From Nemertoderma westbladi (lineage: Eukaryota; Animalia; Xenacoelomorpha): a stretch of 36,995 bases of DNA. The notes beneath the pieces are model-generated. The model was given only the letters and a program-made list of their open reading frames with translations, searched no databases and was not told the origin of the DNA. Positions within the stretch are counted from its first letter, which is position 1, and the number at the start of each line of letters is the position of its first letter. Location: the NCBI GenBank assembly GCA_032718475.1, contig JAUCBJ010001073.1, positions 1 to 36,995 on the forward strand, read 5' to 3'. A program made the position numbers and the translations under genes. Positions 23,625 to 34,935 of the stretch are shown piece by piece.

Positions 23625-24357
23625 AAACAGGCTAATACAATCCGCCATAGTCAATGAACTATTTTCCTTTCCTTGTTTCTTTAGAGAAGATTTAAATGAC
23701 TGTACAAATATTTCTGTTGCACCATTACTCCGCTGAAGGCCATCTAGTAATACCATTATCAGTACAGAATTAATCTAACTCAGATGATCTGAACTGTGGA
23801 CTACGGAGCCCCTAAAGGGACATGAGAAAAAAATATATTTTTTTTCGCTAACTCGTGCGAACGACTTAGTATGTCGTTTGCACGAGTTAGTTAAGTCGTT
23901 CGCACGACTTAGTATGTCGTTCGCACGACTTAGTAAGTCGTTCGCACGACATACTAAGTCGTTCGCACGAGTTAGCAAAAAAAAAATTTTTTTTCTCATG
24001 TCCCTTTAGGGGCTCCATAGTGGACTGTTATCTGCGAATATTATTTTTGGCATGGAGAAATATGTGCAAAATTTTCTGAGTTCAGTAATAACAGTTTTTG
24101 CTGATGCTGTTTTTGCTGCAATTGAAACTCTGGAGTATTGTGTCTTTGAATCTACAATGCCAAGTAAGTTGGTGCTATTTAACTCTCCAAAATCTAAATG
24201 AATTCGTTCGAAAGGATTGGGTGTACTGGTTCATGAACTTCTTTCGCAAAAGTTTGGCATCGCTCACAGCTGCTTGCATATAATTAAATATCCTTGATAC
24301 CTATCCTCCAAACAACACTTCATCATTTTGGATCCTATGTGTGCTGAATGCAGCTCT
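23625..24357 (-). pseudogene. Ty3/gypsy integrase remnant (zinc finger and rve core), interrupted by a MITE
   Basis: ELHSAHIG, PFERIHLDF, GIVDSK, IFADNSP|QFRSSEL..FCTDNGI and SNGATEIFVQSFK. Confidence 0.85.
23802..24019. mobile_element. 218-bp MITE, IS3EU-like (TAYGG termini, 6-bp TSD GTGGAC), with internal 21-bp repeats
   Basis: TIRs tacggagcccctaaagggacatgagaaaaaaa / ttttttctcatgtccctttaggggctccata. GTGGAC at 23796-23801 and 24020-24025. Excision restores DNSPQF. Confidence 0.85.
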
Positions 24358-25014
24358 CCCCTATAGGGGCTGTTGCGCTGTCAGTCAGAGAGGTAACGGC
24401 CCGTGGGGTAAGGATTTACCCATGGGGCGCTAACTATCAGATAGTCTGATACAGTCTTTTTCAACTATCAGATAGATGATCGCCCAGTTACAAGTTGCTG
24501 ATAATAGTTGTATTTTTTAAACCCCGAGTGTTGTTGACGGAGTCTGTTACTTCTGAAATCGTTGGTCGTGGTGCCGTGCCGGAATTCTGGCTTTGTTTAA
24601 AAGCACTGAACTGCTGAACGATGGCGGAATCTACGAAACCCGGCCGGATTCCTAATCCATAATCCGAGGAGGCAACGGAGTCAATTAAACGTAAACAATG
24701 AAACGATCGCGATGGACAATGGAGTCTATTCAATCTATCCAGAACGATACGATGGCGACGTACAGTATTCTATTACAGTATTAAACACGCAACCAAAGCG
24801 ATCAGACCTGCAGACGATGGCGAAGTAATCTACAAAACAGAGAACGACAGGAAGGCGATGGAGTTTATAAAAAACCCAGTAAGATGATGCATAGCGAAGC
24901 GATCGAGACGGATAACGGAGTCTATTATAGTATTAAACCTGGAACGAAGATGGTGGAATCTATAGGCCTAAACCTGGAACAATGCGAACAAGGCTACTCT
25001 AAAGTTAGACTAGG

Positions 25015-25201
25015 AAGTGAATTTAGTTCCAATGGAAGCGAATTTAATTCCAATGCATACGAACTTGGTTCCAATCGCACATTTTCAAAGGCGAACTTAG
25101 TTCCAATTGAAACTAATTTAGTCCCAAAATAAATTTTACGAAGCGAATTTAGTTCCAATGGAAGCGAATTTAATTCCAATGCATACGACCTTAGTTCCAA
25201 T
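25015..25201. repeat. Diverged ~21-bp tandem units (gaatttagttccaat core) with a duplicated ~60-bp block
   Basis: The blocks at ~25015-25075 and ~25140-25201 are near-identical. Confidence 0.8.
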
Positions 25202-25509
25202 GTTTCAATCGTGGGGATAGCCACGTAGTAGGCGAAGCCTATTGCGTATTGCCACTATTTGTGGTGGGTTAGGATCAACAATAGTAAGTAATTGTAAAAC
25301 CCTTCTGTCATTTTTAAAAAACGAATTATTATTAATGAATTAATTGTATAATTGCACATTTTCAAATATATATTAATCACGAGTATACTGAAACTGACTG
25401 ACTGACGTCTGTAATATTATATACTCAAGTAATGCACATTGTGCCATTTTCACACCAAATACAGTATTTACCAATTGTTTCGGTTTAGGTGGATGGGCGT
25501 TGTTTGTGT

Positions 25510-27098
25510 ACTACTACTACTAGGATCGGCATGCTGCATTGCAGCTGCATTTTTAAGAATGCTGTGCCGGCTTGTCAACAAAATTGCACCGCCACAACTC
25601 CCTATCACCCATGACATTTGCTAGATCATCCGCATCTTTAAGGCCAGTGTCCTTTAAGATGTGTCTCAAGAAAGTCATGGGCTGTCCACCATGCTTATTC
25701 ACTCCATGAGGCTGCCAAAGTACAAGATTATGCACTGGCTGGTCCTCACGGCGAAAGCAATGTCCTGCAAAGCGGAGGCGATTTTGTTCTAGTGTCAAGC
25801 TTGGGGGAACCAATGAGACACCTCCAATGTTATATAGTGTCTGGTTGGAGATGTGTGCATTGTACTTGACACAATGAACCCGGCGTAGCATTCTTGTGAA
25901 TGTGCCATCCAGAGATTTGGTGTCCTCAGCAGTTAGAGCCCAGCATGGACTCCCGTAGAGGAGTACTGGAACTACTGCTGCTCTAAATAATCGGACCTTA
26001 AGTTTCCGATTAATTCTCAGTGACTTCCAAATCCTGGAAAGCCTATTCAAGGCTGCCCATGCCTTTCCCTTACGTATTCGAAGGTCCTCACCTGACTTCC
26101 GGATCCATGATCCCAGGTAACAGAAGTCGTCCACATGCTCAAGCATACCATCCTTTGAGCTTATGCTCATCCGATCAGAGACTTGCTGATGACTTTCAAA
26201 GTTAACGGTCAGAATTTTGGTCTTTCTGGAGTTAATAAAAAGACCAACACTAGAAGCAGCATGTTCTAATGAGCTGAGGAGCCGTTGGGCTCCGTCTAAT
26301 GATTCTGAGAGTACTCCTAAGTCATCAGCAAAGTCTAGATCAGTTAGGTACTTGGCAGGATTTCCTCGACTTCTGGAGCCAGTAGGTGGAGTTATCATCA
26401 CCCCATCATCATTATGATGATCTAAGGACATGCGTAGAACATAGTCAACCACAATAATGAACAAGAATGGTGCAAGTGTGTCTCCTTGGAGGACGCCCCA
26501 TAACACTTCAAATGGTTCTGTGTCACCGTCAACAATAGACACAAATGTTGTCGAACCATCGTATACTGATCTGATTGCTGCAATAATTTCATCAGGAATC
26601 CCATATAATGAAAGTATGCTGAACATACGTGAGCGAGAGACTGAATCAAAGGCCTTGAAGAAGTCAACAAAGATAACAGCCAGATGCCTGTCTTTCTTTT
26701 TTGATAATTCTTCAATTATCCTTCTAAGTGCCAAAATGGGCTCCATGGTCCCACGACCTTTACGGAACCCATTCTGATTTCCACGGAGCAGTCTCTCAAT
26801 GGGATCCCTGATGCGATTTAATAGAATCCTATTGTATAGCTTTGCAGCAATCGAGATCAATGAGATTCCCCGAAAAGAACCATAGAGTGTTAGGTTGCCC
26901 TTCTTGGGAACTGGCACCAACTTATTTGTTTTCATTTCTTGTGGGACTCTTGTTGTTCGGTACATGTCTACTATGATGGGATAGATGAGCTTTAAACACT
27001 CAGGTATTTTAAAGACCTCAGGGGGAACACCATCTACTCCACTGGCACGATTGGTCTTAATGCTCTTTGCAGCAGCCTTCACTTCTGCAAAGGAGATA
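25510..27098 (-). mobile_element. 5'-truncated RTE-like LINE with (TAG)n tail and 10-bp TSD TTGTTTGTGT
   Basis: TSD at 25500-25509 and 27099-27108; short 3' UTR. Confidence 0.93.
25553..27082 (-). CDS. Uninterrupted reverse transcriptase ORF (509 aa, lacking the endonuclease and a true start)
   Basis: FRGISLISI, NQNGFR, VDFFKAFDSV, GVLQGDTLAP, DFADD, YLGS and RLRFAGHCFR. Confidence 0.9.
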   Translation of the reverse strand: MKAAAKSIKTNRASGVDGVPPEVFKIPECLKLIYPIIVDMYRTTRVPQEMKTNKLVPVPKKGNLTLYGSFRGISLISIAAKLYNRILLNRIRDPIERLLRGNQNGFRKGRGTMEPILALRRIIEELSKKKDRHLAVIFVDFFKAFDSVSRSRMFSILSLYGIPDEIIAAIRSVYDGSTTFVSIVDGDTEPFEVLWGVLQGDTLAPFLFIIVVDYVLRMSLDHHNDDGVMITPPTGSRSRGNPAKYLTDLDFADDLGVLSESLDGAQRLLSSLEHAASSVGLFINSRKTKILTVNFESHQQVSDRMSISSKDGMLEHVDDFCYLGSWIRKSGEDLRIRKGKAWAALNRLSRIWKSLRINRKLKVRLFRAAVVPVLLYGSPCWALTAEDTKSLDGTFTRMLRRVHCVKYNAHISNQTLYNIGGVSLVPPSLTLEQNRLRFAGHCFRREDQPVHNLVLWQPHGVNKHGGQPMTFLRHILKDTGLKDADDLANVMGDRELWRCNFVDKPAQHS

Positions 27099-27399
27099 TT
27101 GTTTGTGTTAAGGTTGGGCGTAGTTTAGGTTAAGAGCTTGGGCGTTGTTTTTTACTATGAATATCATTTTAAATGATTAAATGTAAATTAATTTAATTAA
27201 ATTGCTTTGGTTAGAAGGTTGGGCGTTTTGGGTTAGTTCTTTACAATTATTATTTAACCATCCACCTAATAGTGTCACTATACATATATACAGATTATTC
27301 GCCAACTACGTGACTCGCCGCACACCTGTATGTAACATTAGAACTAATCCCAACGCCACTAATTGCATGCCACCCCAAATTAGATGATTTCACACCAAA

Positions 27400-27770
27400 A
27401 AAAATTATTTAGCACCAAATATATTTTTTTGTAGCACCAATTTACTTTCCCCAATTTTAAATATCTCTCTCAACAAAAACAATTATTCATCCCCCAAAAA
27501 CAATAATTAATGTCCAAAAACAATTAATCACACCCCCAAACACAATTATCCATCCCCCAAAAATAATTATTCATCCCCCAAAAATAATTATTCATCCCCC
27601 AAAAACAATAATTCATCTCCAAAAACAATTAATCACACCCCCAAACACAATTATCCGTCCCCCAAAAATAATTATTCATTTCCCAAAAATAATTATTCAT
27701 TCCCCCAAAAACAATTATTAAATCTCCCTAAAATAATTAATAGTCAACCAAAAACAATTCTTCCATCACC
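27400..27770. repeat. Low-complexity ~21-bp repeat (ccccaaaaataattattcat), with a diverged inverted counterpart at ~28105-28222
   Basis: Seen directly. Confidence 0.75.
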
Positions 27771-28394
27771 AAATACGTTATGGAAAATTTAATTATACAA
27801 ATTCATTAATTATTTATTTCCATAAATCAAACAAAATGTTTAAACATATTATCGCGGATGAGTACAAAACAAAGACCCAATTATAAAGACTGGAATAATC
27901 TTGTAACATGTTAACTTTCGTTTATTGTTTTGGTTCCCCCAACACGCCTCTGCAAACTGCTCCTTTACTAACTGCTCCTTTAAATGCCAATGGGACCTAA
28001 CGGTCTTATGGACCTAACGCGACATCACCTCTTTGTTTTGTACAGAACGGTCAGTAAAGTCTTGGGATCTTGTACTCACCCGACGATCCTCGTAACAATA
28101 GTCTGTTTATTTTGGTGAAATATTTGATTGATTGGTGGGAAATGTATTTATTTTGGGGAAAATATGTATTTATTTTGGGGGAATATGCATTTTATTTGGG
28201 GGGATTGTGTCTTTATTTGGGGCAGGGCCGGATTAAGGTTTTGGGGGCCCCCACGCTAATGCCGGTTGGCTAAGGCCAAAATCCTCTCTGATGTGTTATT
28301 TTCGCTAGCTACCATTCAAAGATGCAATGAAGACATGCCTGGCTAAACCTTTCAAAGCATTACAGCATTACTCGTGCCGAAACGAAAACTGACT

Positions 28395-28470
28395 TGGCCC
28401 CACGCGGGGGTTGAACCCACAACCTCCGAGAGATGTGAAATTAATCTAACCACTTCACCTAGGTGGGCTC
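28395..28470 (-). pseudogene. tRNA-derived sequence (SINE head or tRNA pseudogene)
   Basis: A-box-like TAGGTGAAGTGG, T-arm GTGGG-TTCAACC-CCCGC, acceptor-like pairing, ends in CCA. The anticodon arm does not form. Confidence 0.6.
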
Positions 28471-28505
28471 GAACCAAGGCGGAACGAGTGTCCGATACCG
28501 TCATA

Positions 28506-28665
28506 TCTACTACTACTACTACTACTAGGATCGGCATGCTGCATTGCAGGTGCATTTTTAAGAATGCTGCGCCGGATTGTCGTCGACAAAATTGCACCGC
28601 CACAACTCCCTATCACCCATGACATTTGCTAGATAATCCGCATCTTCAAGGCCAGTGTCCTTTAA
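28506..28665 (-). mobile_element. 3'-end fragment of the same RTE family with (TAG)n tail
   Basis: Closely matches 25510-25656; homology stops at TTAA 28662-28665. Confidence 0.92.
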
Positions 28666-29100
28666 CCCTATTAAACCTGGGGGGGGGGGGGTCAATATGA
28701 CCCCCCCCTTGTGGTTTTTAGTGCTGTGTGCAAATTTAGGTGCTAGCACGAAATTTTGAGAATCCATTCAATAGATAAAATTGCTTGTGACGATTTATTT
28801 CTTGCGTTTTAGACTAGACATCTCAAACTTGTATTTTTCGGAAGTGGGTGCAAAATGTGGTGCTAGCACCACATTTTGAAAACCATCAAATATATCAATT
28901 GATTGTGTCACCTTGTTTCTTGCGTTATACGGGTTGGTGAGGGTTCTGAATTCAATAGAATCAGTAAAAATTTCATAAGAGTTTTCAAACTTGTATTTTT
29001 CGCCGGTGGTTGAAAATTGTTGTGCCAGCACCAAATTTTTGAAAATAAGCAAATTGATCAGCAACTTTAAGAGCTCCACATATTTGAGAATATAGGAGTC
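28666..29100. mobile_element. Left part of a piggyBac-like non-autonomous element (TTAA|CCCT) with three diverged internal direct repeats
   Basis: Begins exactly at the TTAA where RTE homology ends. A gtgctagcac..attttga motif recurs at ~28740, ~28860 and ~29022. The right end was not found. Confidence 0.5.
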
Positions 29101-29215
29101 CGGACTTAAAATATGATATAGCTAGAATTTCCCAATATATAGTTAATTAATAACACAAAACACGTTTATACAAAAGGCCACCATCCCGCTTCTGTCAGAC
29201 ACGCACTTAATAAAT

Positions 29216-32200
29216 ACAAAGAAATGCGCTGTGTTTAAATTCCCCCCCCCCCCTTTCCGTTCTTGTATACAGTATACCAATTAAATTTAATAGAATATCA
29301 GATGGCTGCCATTAATAAATTTTCACAAATGTGGAGGAAATCCGCGTAAATACTTTAATTGAATAGTCTCCTATTAACCGAGGTACGCGGTTGAGGTACA
29401 AATCCGCATAAATACTTTAATTGAATAGTCTCCTATTAACCGAGGTACACGGTTGAGGTACAAATCCGCATAAATACTTTAATTGAATAGTCTCCTATTA
29501 ACCGAGGTACACGGTTGAGGTACAAATCCGCATAAATACTTTAATTGAATAGTCTCCTATTAACCGAGGTACGCGGTTGAGGTACAAATCCGCGTAAATA
29601 CTTTATAATTGAATAGTCTCCTATTAACCGAGGTACACGGTTGAGGTACAAATCTGCTTAAATACTTTAATTGAATAGTCTCCTATTATCCGAGGTACGC
29701 GGTTGAGGTACAAATCCGCGTAAATACTTTATAATTGAATAGTCTCCTATTAACCGAGGTACACGGTTGAGGTACAAATCTGCTTAAATACTTTAATTGA
29801 ATAGTCTCCTATTAACCGAGGTACACGGTTGAGGTACAAATCCGCATAAATATTTTAATTGAATAGTCTCCTATTAACCGAGGTACGCGGTTGAGGTACA
29901 AATCCGCATAAATACTTTAATTGAATAGTCTCCTATTAACCGAGGTACACGGTTGAGGTACAAATCCGCATAAATACTTTAATTGAATAGTCTCCTATTA
30001 ACCGAGGTACACGGTTGAGGTACAAATCCGCATAAATACTTTAATTGAATAGTCTCCTATTAACCGAGGTACGCGGTTGAGGTACAAATCCGCGTAAATA
30101 CTTTATAATTGAATAGTCTCCTATTAACCGAGGTACACGGTTGAGGTACAAATCTGCTTAAATACTTTAATTGAATAGTCTCCTATTATCCGAGGTACGC
30201 GGTTGAGGTACAAATCCGCGTAAATACTTTATAATTGAATAGTCTCCTATTAACCGAGGTACACGGTTGAGGTACAAATCTGCTTAAATACTTTAATTGA
30301 ATAGTCTCCTAATAACCGAGGTACACGGTTGAGGTACAAATCCGCATAAATACTTTAATTGAATAGTCTCCTATTAACCGAGGTACGCGGTTGAGGTACA
30401 AATCCGCGTAAATACTTTATAATTGAATAGTCTCCTATTAACCGAGGTACACGGTTGAGGTACAAATCTGCTTAAATACTTTAATTGAATAGTCTCCTAT
30501 TATCCGAGGTACGCGGTTGAGGTACAAATCCGCGTAAATACTTTATAATTGAATAGTCTCCTATTAACCGAGGTACACGGTTGAGGTACAAATCTGCTTA
30601 AATACTTTAATTGAATAGTCTCCTATTAACCGAGGTACGCGGTTGAGGTACAAATCCGCGTAAATACTTTATGATTGAATAGTCTCCTATTAACCGAGGT
30701 ACGCGGTTGAGGTACAAATCCGCGTAAATACTTTATAATTGAATAGTCTCCTATTAACCGAGGTACACGGTTGAGGTACAAATCTGCTTAAATACTTTAA
30801 TTGAATAGTCTCCTATTAACCGAGGTACGCGGTTGAGGTACAAATCCGCGTAAATACTTTATAATTGAATAGTCTCCTATTAATCGAGGTACGCGGTTGA
30901 GGTACAAATCCGCGTAAATACTTTATAATTGAATAGTCTCCTATTAACAGAGGTACACGGTTGAGGTACAAATCTGCTTAAATACTTTAATTGAATAGTC
31001 TCCTATTAACCGAGGTACGCGGTTGAGGTACAAATCCGCGTAAATACTTTATAATTGAATAGTCTCCTATTAACCGAGGTACGCGGTTGAGGTACAAATC
31101 CGCGTAAATACTTTATAATTGAATAGTCTCCTATTAACCGAGGTACACGGTTGAGGTACAAATCTGCTTAAATACTTTAATTGAATAGTCTCCTATTAAC
31201 CGAGGTACGCGGTTGAGGTACAAATCCGCGTAAATACTTTATAATTGAATAGTCTCCTATTAACCGAGGTACACGGTTGAGGTACAAATCTGCTTAAATA
31301 CTTTAATTGAATAGTCTCCTATTAACCGAGGTACGCGGTTGAGGTACAAATCCGCGTAAATACTTTAATTGAATAGTCTCCTATTAATCGAGGTACGCGG
31401 TCGAGGTACAAATCCGAGTAAATACTTTAATTGAATAGTGTCCTATTAATCGAGGTACGCGGTCGAGGTACAAATCCGCATAAATACTTTAATTGAATAG
31501 TCTCCTATTAACCGAGGTACGCGGTCGAGGTACAAATCCGCATAAATACTTTAATTGAATAGTCTCCCATTAACCGAGGTACGCGGTTGAGGTACAAATC
31601 CGAGTAAATACTTTAATTGAATAGTGTCCTATTAATCGAGGTACGCGGTCGAGGTACAAATCCGCATAAATACTTTAATTGAATAGTCTCCCATTAACCG
31701 AGGTACGCGGTTGAGGTACAAATCCGCGTAAATACTTTAATTGAATAGTCTCCTATTAATCGAGGTACGCGGTCGAGGTACAAATCCGAGTAAATACTTT
31801 AATTGAATAGTGTCCTATTAATCGAGGTACGCGGTCGAGGTACAAATCCGCATAAATACTTTAATTGAATAGTCTCCTATTAACCGAGGTACGCGGTCGA
31901 GGTACAAATCCGCATAAATACTTTAATTGAATAGTCTCCTATTAATCGAGGTACGCGGTCGAGGTACAAATCCGAGTAAATACTTTAATTGAATAGTCTC
32001 CCATTAACCGAGGTACGCGGTTGAGGTACAAATCCGCGTAAATACTTTAATTGAATAGTCTCCTATTAATCGAGGTACGCGGTCGAGGTACAAATCCGAG
32101 TAAATACTTTAATTGAATAGTGTCCTATTAATCGAGGTACGCGGTCGAGGTACAAATCCGCATAAATACTTTAATTGAATAGTCTCCTATTAATCGAGGT

Positions 32201-33753
32201 ACGCGGTTGAGGTACAAATCCGCATAAATACTTTAATTGAATAGTCTCCTATTAACCGAGGTACGCGGTTGAGGTACAAATCCGCGTAAATACTTTAATT
32301 GAATAGTCTCCCATTAACCGAGGTACGCGGTTGAGGTACAAATCCGCATAAATACTTTAATTGAATAGTCTCCTATTAACCGAGGTACGCGGTCGAGGTA
32401 CAAATCCGCGTAAATACTTTAATGAAACAGTCTATTAATTTATTTACGCGGTTGAGGTACAAATCCGCATAAATACTTTAATTGAATAGTCTCCTATTAA
32501 CCGAGGTACGCGGTTGAGGTACAAATCCGCGTAAATACTTTAATTGAATAGTCTCCCATTAACCGAGGTACGCGGTTGAGGTACAAATCCGCATAAATAC
32601 TTTAATTGAATAGTCTCCTATTAACCGAGGTACGCGGTCGAGGTACAAATCCGCATAAATACTTTAATTGAATAGTCTCCTATTAACAGAGGTATGAGGT
32701 TGAGGTACAAATCCGCGTAAATACTTTAATTGAATAGTCTCCTATTAACCGAGGTACGCGGTTGAGTTACAAATCCGCGTAAATACTTTATAATTGAATA
32801 GTCTCCCATTAACCGAGGTACGCGGTTGAGGTACAAATCCGCATAAATACTTTAATTGAATAGTCTCCTATTAACCGAGGTACGCGGTCGAGGTACAAAT
32901 CCGCATAAATACTTTAATTGAATAGTCTCCTATTAACAGAGGTATGAGGTTGAGGTACAAATCCGCGTAAATACTTTAATTGAATAGTCTCCTATTAACC
33001 GAGGTACGCGGTTGAGTTACAAATCCGCGTAAATACTTTAATTGAATAGTCTCCCATTAATCGAGGTACGCGGTCGAGGTACAAATCCGCATAAATACTT
33101 TAATTGAATAGTCTCCTATTAATCGAGGTACGCGGTTGAGGTACAAATCCGCATAAATACTTTAATTGAATAGTCTCCTATTAACCGAGGTACGCGGTTG
33201 AGGTACAAATCCGCGTAAATACTTTAATTGAATAGTCTCCTATTAACCGAGGTACGCGGTCGAGGTACAAATCCGCATAAATACTTTAATTGAATAGTCT
33301 CCTATTAACCGAGGTACGCGGTTGAGGTACAAATCCGCTTAAATACTTTAATTGAATAGTCTCCTATTAACCGAGGTACGCGGTTGAGGTACAAATCCGC
33401 GTAAATACTTTAATTGAATAGTCTCCTATTAACCGAGGTACGCGGTTGAGGTACAAATCCGCGTAAATACTTTAATTGAATAGTCTCCTATTAACCGAGG
33501 TACGCGGTTGAGGTACAAATCCGCATAAATACTTGAATTGAATAGTCTCCTATTAATCGAGGTACGCGGTTGAGGTACAAATCCGCATAAATACTTGAAT
33601 TGAATAGTCTCCTATTAACCGAGGTACGCGGTTGAGGTACAAATCTGCTTAAATACTTTAATTGAATAGTCTCCTATTAATCGAGGTACGCGGTTGAGGT
33701 ACAAATCCGCGTAAATACTTTAATGGAAGTAATGTAATTAAAGTTTTTACGTA
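29216..33753 (-). mobile_element. Long copy of the Helentron-like element carrying the expanded satellite
   Basis: Both unique flanks (29216-29337 and 33725-33753) are reverse-complement homologs of the flanks of the 19088-19402 copy. Confidence 0.75.
29338..33724. repeat. Satellite array, ~70 copies of a 62-bp unit (with 64-bp variants)
   Basis: Unit aatccgcgtaaatactttaattgaatagtctcctattaaccgaggtacgcggttgaggtaca; period 62 from starts at 29401, 29463 and 29525. Confidence 0.98.
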
Positions 33754-33984
33754 CTTTTTACATTTCAGATGTAAAAACATTACATTTCAGTACTGTATTA
33801 TATTTTCGTGAAAATAATATAGAAACTAATATCAATCCCATATAATCATTTTGTTATATGTACTGTTCAGTGTTCTATGTGTCTTAATCTGGAATGATAA
33901 GTATATTTTACATAAACATCCTCTATCACATATTTACTTTTTAAGTATATAGTATACAAATTTAGGATCTAACATCTCTCCAAA

Positions 33985-34092
33985 CCGTGTACGCGTTTCG
34001 ACTTTACTGGGTCTAATCAGCGGGGTTACGGATTCGAACCCATGACCCTGGAGTGGAAGCCGAGTCAACAACATCATGCCACACTGCTTCCT
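33985..34092 (-). ncRNA. tRNA-like Pol III head directly followed by a degenerate minimal type I hammerhead motif
   Basis: Minus strand: TGGCATGATGTTG...GGTTCGAATCC, then CTGATTA-GAC-CCAGTAAA-GTC-GAAA-CGCG-TA. Confidence 0.4.
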
Positions 34093-34871
34093 GAGATATA
34101 GAGAGTACGAATTTCAAAGCCGCGGCCGTTTTTATTAGCCCTTGAGTTAATAATAGTAACTTATTAATAATAGTAACCAGGTTGTTGGCCAGCTGTATAG
34201 TATTTTCGAGGAGTTTGTTAATATACATTTTGTATAATAATATTAACCTAATATGATAATAACCTAGAGGTTGTTTTCTAGGCTTTCACCTCTAGGTCTC
34301 AGGTTCGAATCCGACACCATTCGATCGACACCATTGAATGTGAACTGTCCGTACGTGGTGAGATGAGCTACGAGATGAGCGTACGTGGCTGTCTGACACC
34401 TGACTGTAAACAAGACTACAACAAGATGAGTAAACATCAGCGTATTGATCCCTACTGGATGTGTACGAGCTGTACCACAAAGTGATTGTAGAGGGTTTTT
34501 CGCCATCATTTACTTTCTCTGATAAGAATATAGCATGGGGAAAAGTCGTTATTGAATTTGATGCTACTGTTCCTGACATTCGAAGAACAATAGAGGATTT
34601 AAAGAAAAACTTAATTGCGACAGCGATGGTGTATAAAAACCATAACAATAAGCTTAGTTTTGCTATCCCAACTATATAAACCCCAGGCCGTTCTCACATT
34701 TTAAAATTCCCGTTCTCGCATTTAATGTATCCCCCTACCTACCCTATCTTTTTTTTTTCCTTTTTTTTCTTTTATGACTTAAGTTATATATTTAAGTCCT
34801 ACTTATATTAATATATAATAATATTTTTTGCAACTGACTTAGTTAACGGAATGTACTTATCTTAAAGTTAA

Positions 34872-34883
34872 GGGGGGGGGGGT

Positions 34884-34935
<52 letters not shown>

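Noticed and set aside
23836-23976. CRISPR-like short repeats
   Set aside because: These are spacerless internal repeats of a MITE with TIRs and a TSD.
28395-28470. Functional tRNA gene
   Set aside because: No well-formed anticodon arm, and it has an encoded CCA; kept as a tRNA-derived relic.
29338-33724. CRISPR array
   Set aside because: The units are head-to-tail near-identical monomers with no unique spacers, there are no cas genes, and the context is a eukaryotic intron.
34872-34934. G-quadruplex or functional poly-G tract
   Set aside because: It is part of a TE terminus, and long G/C homopolymers here (also ~2450, ~5014, ~11422, ~17710, ~35723) may be inflated by sequencing error.
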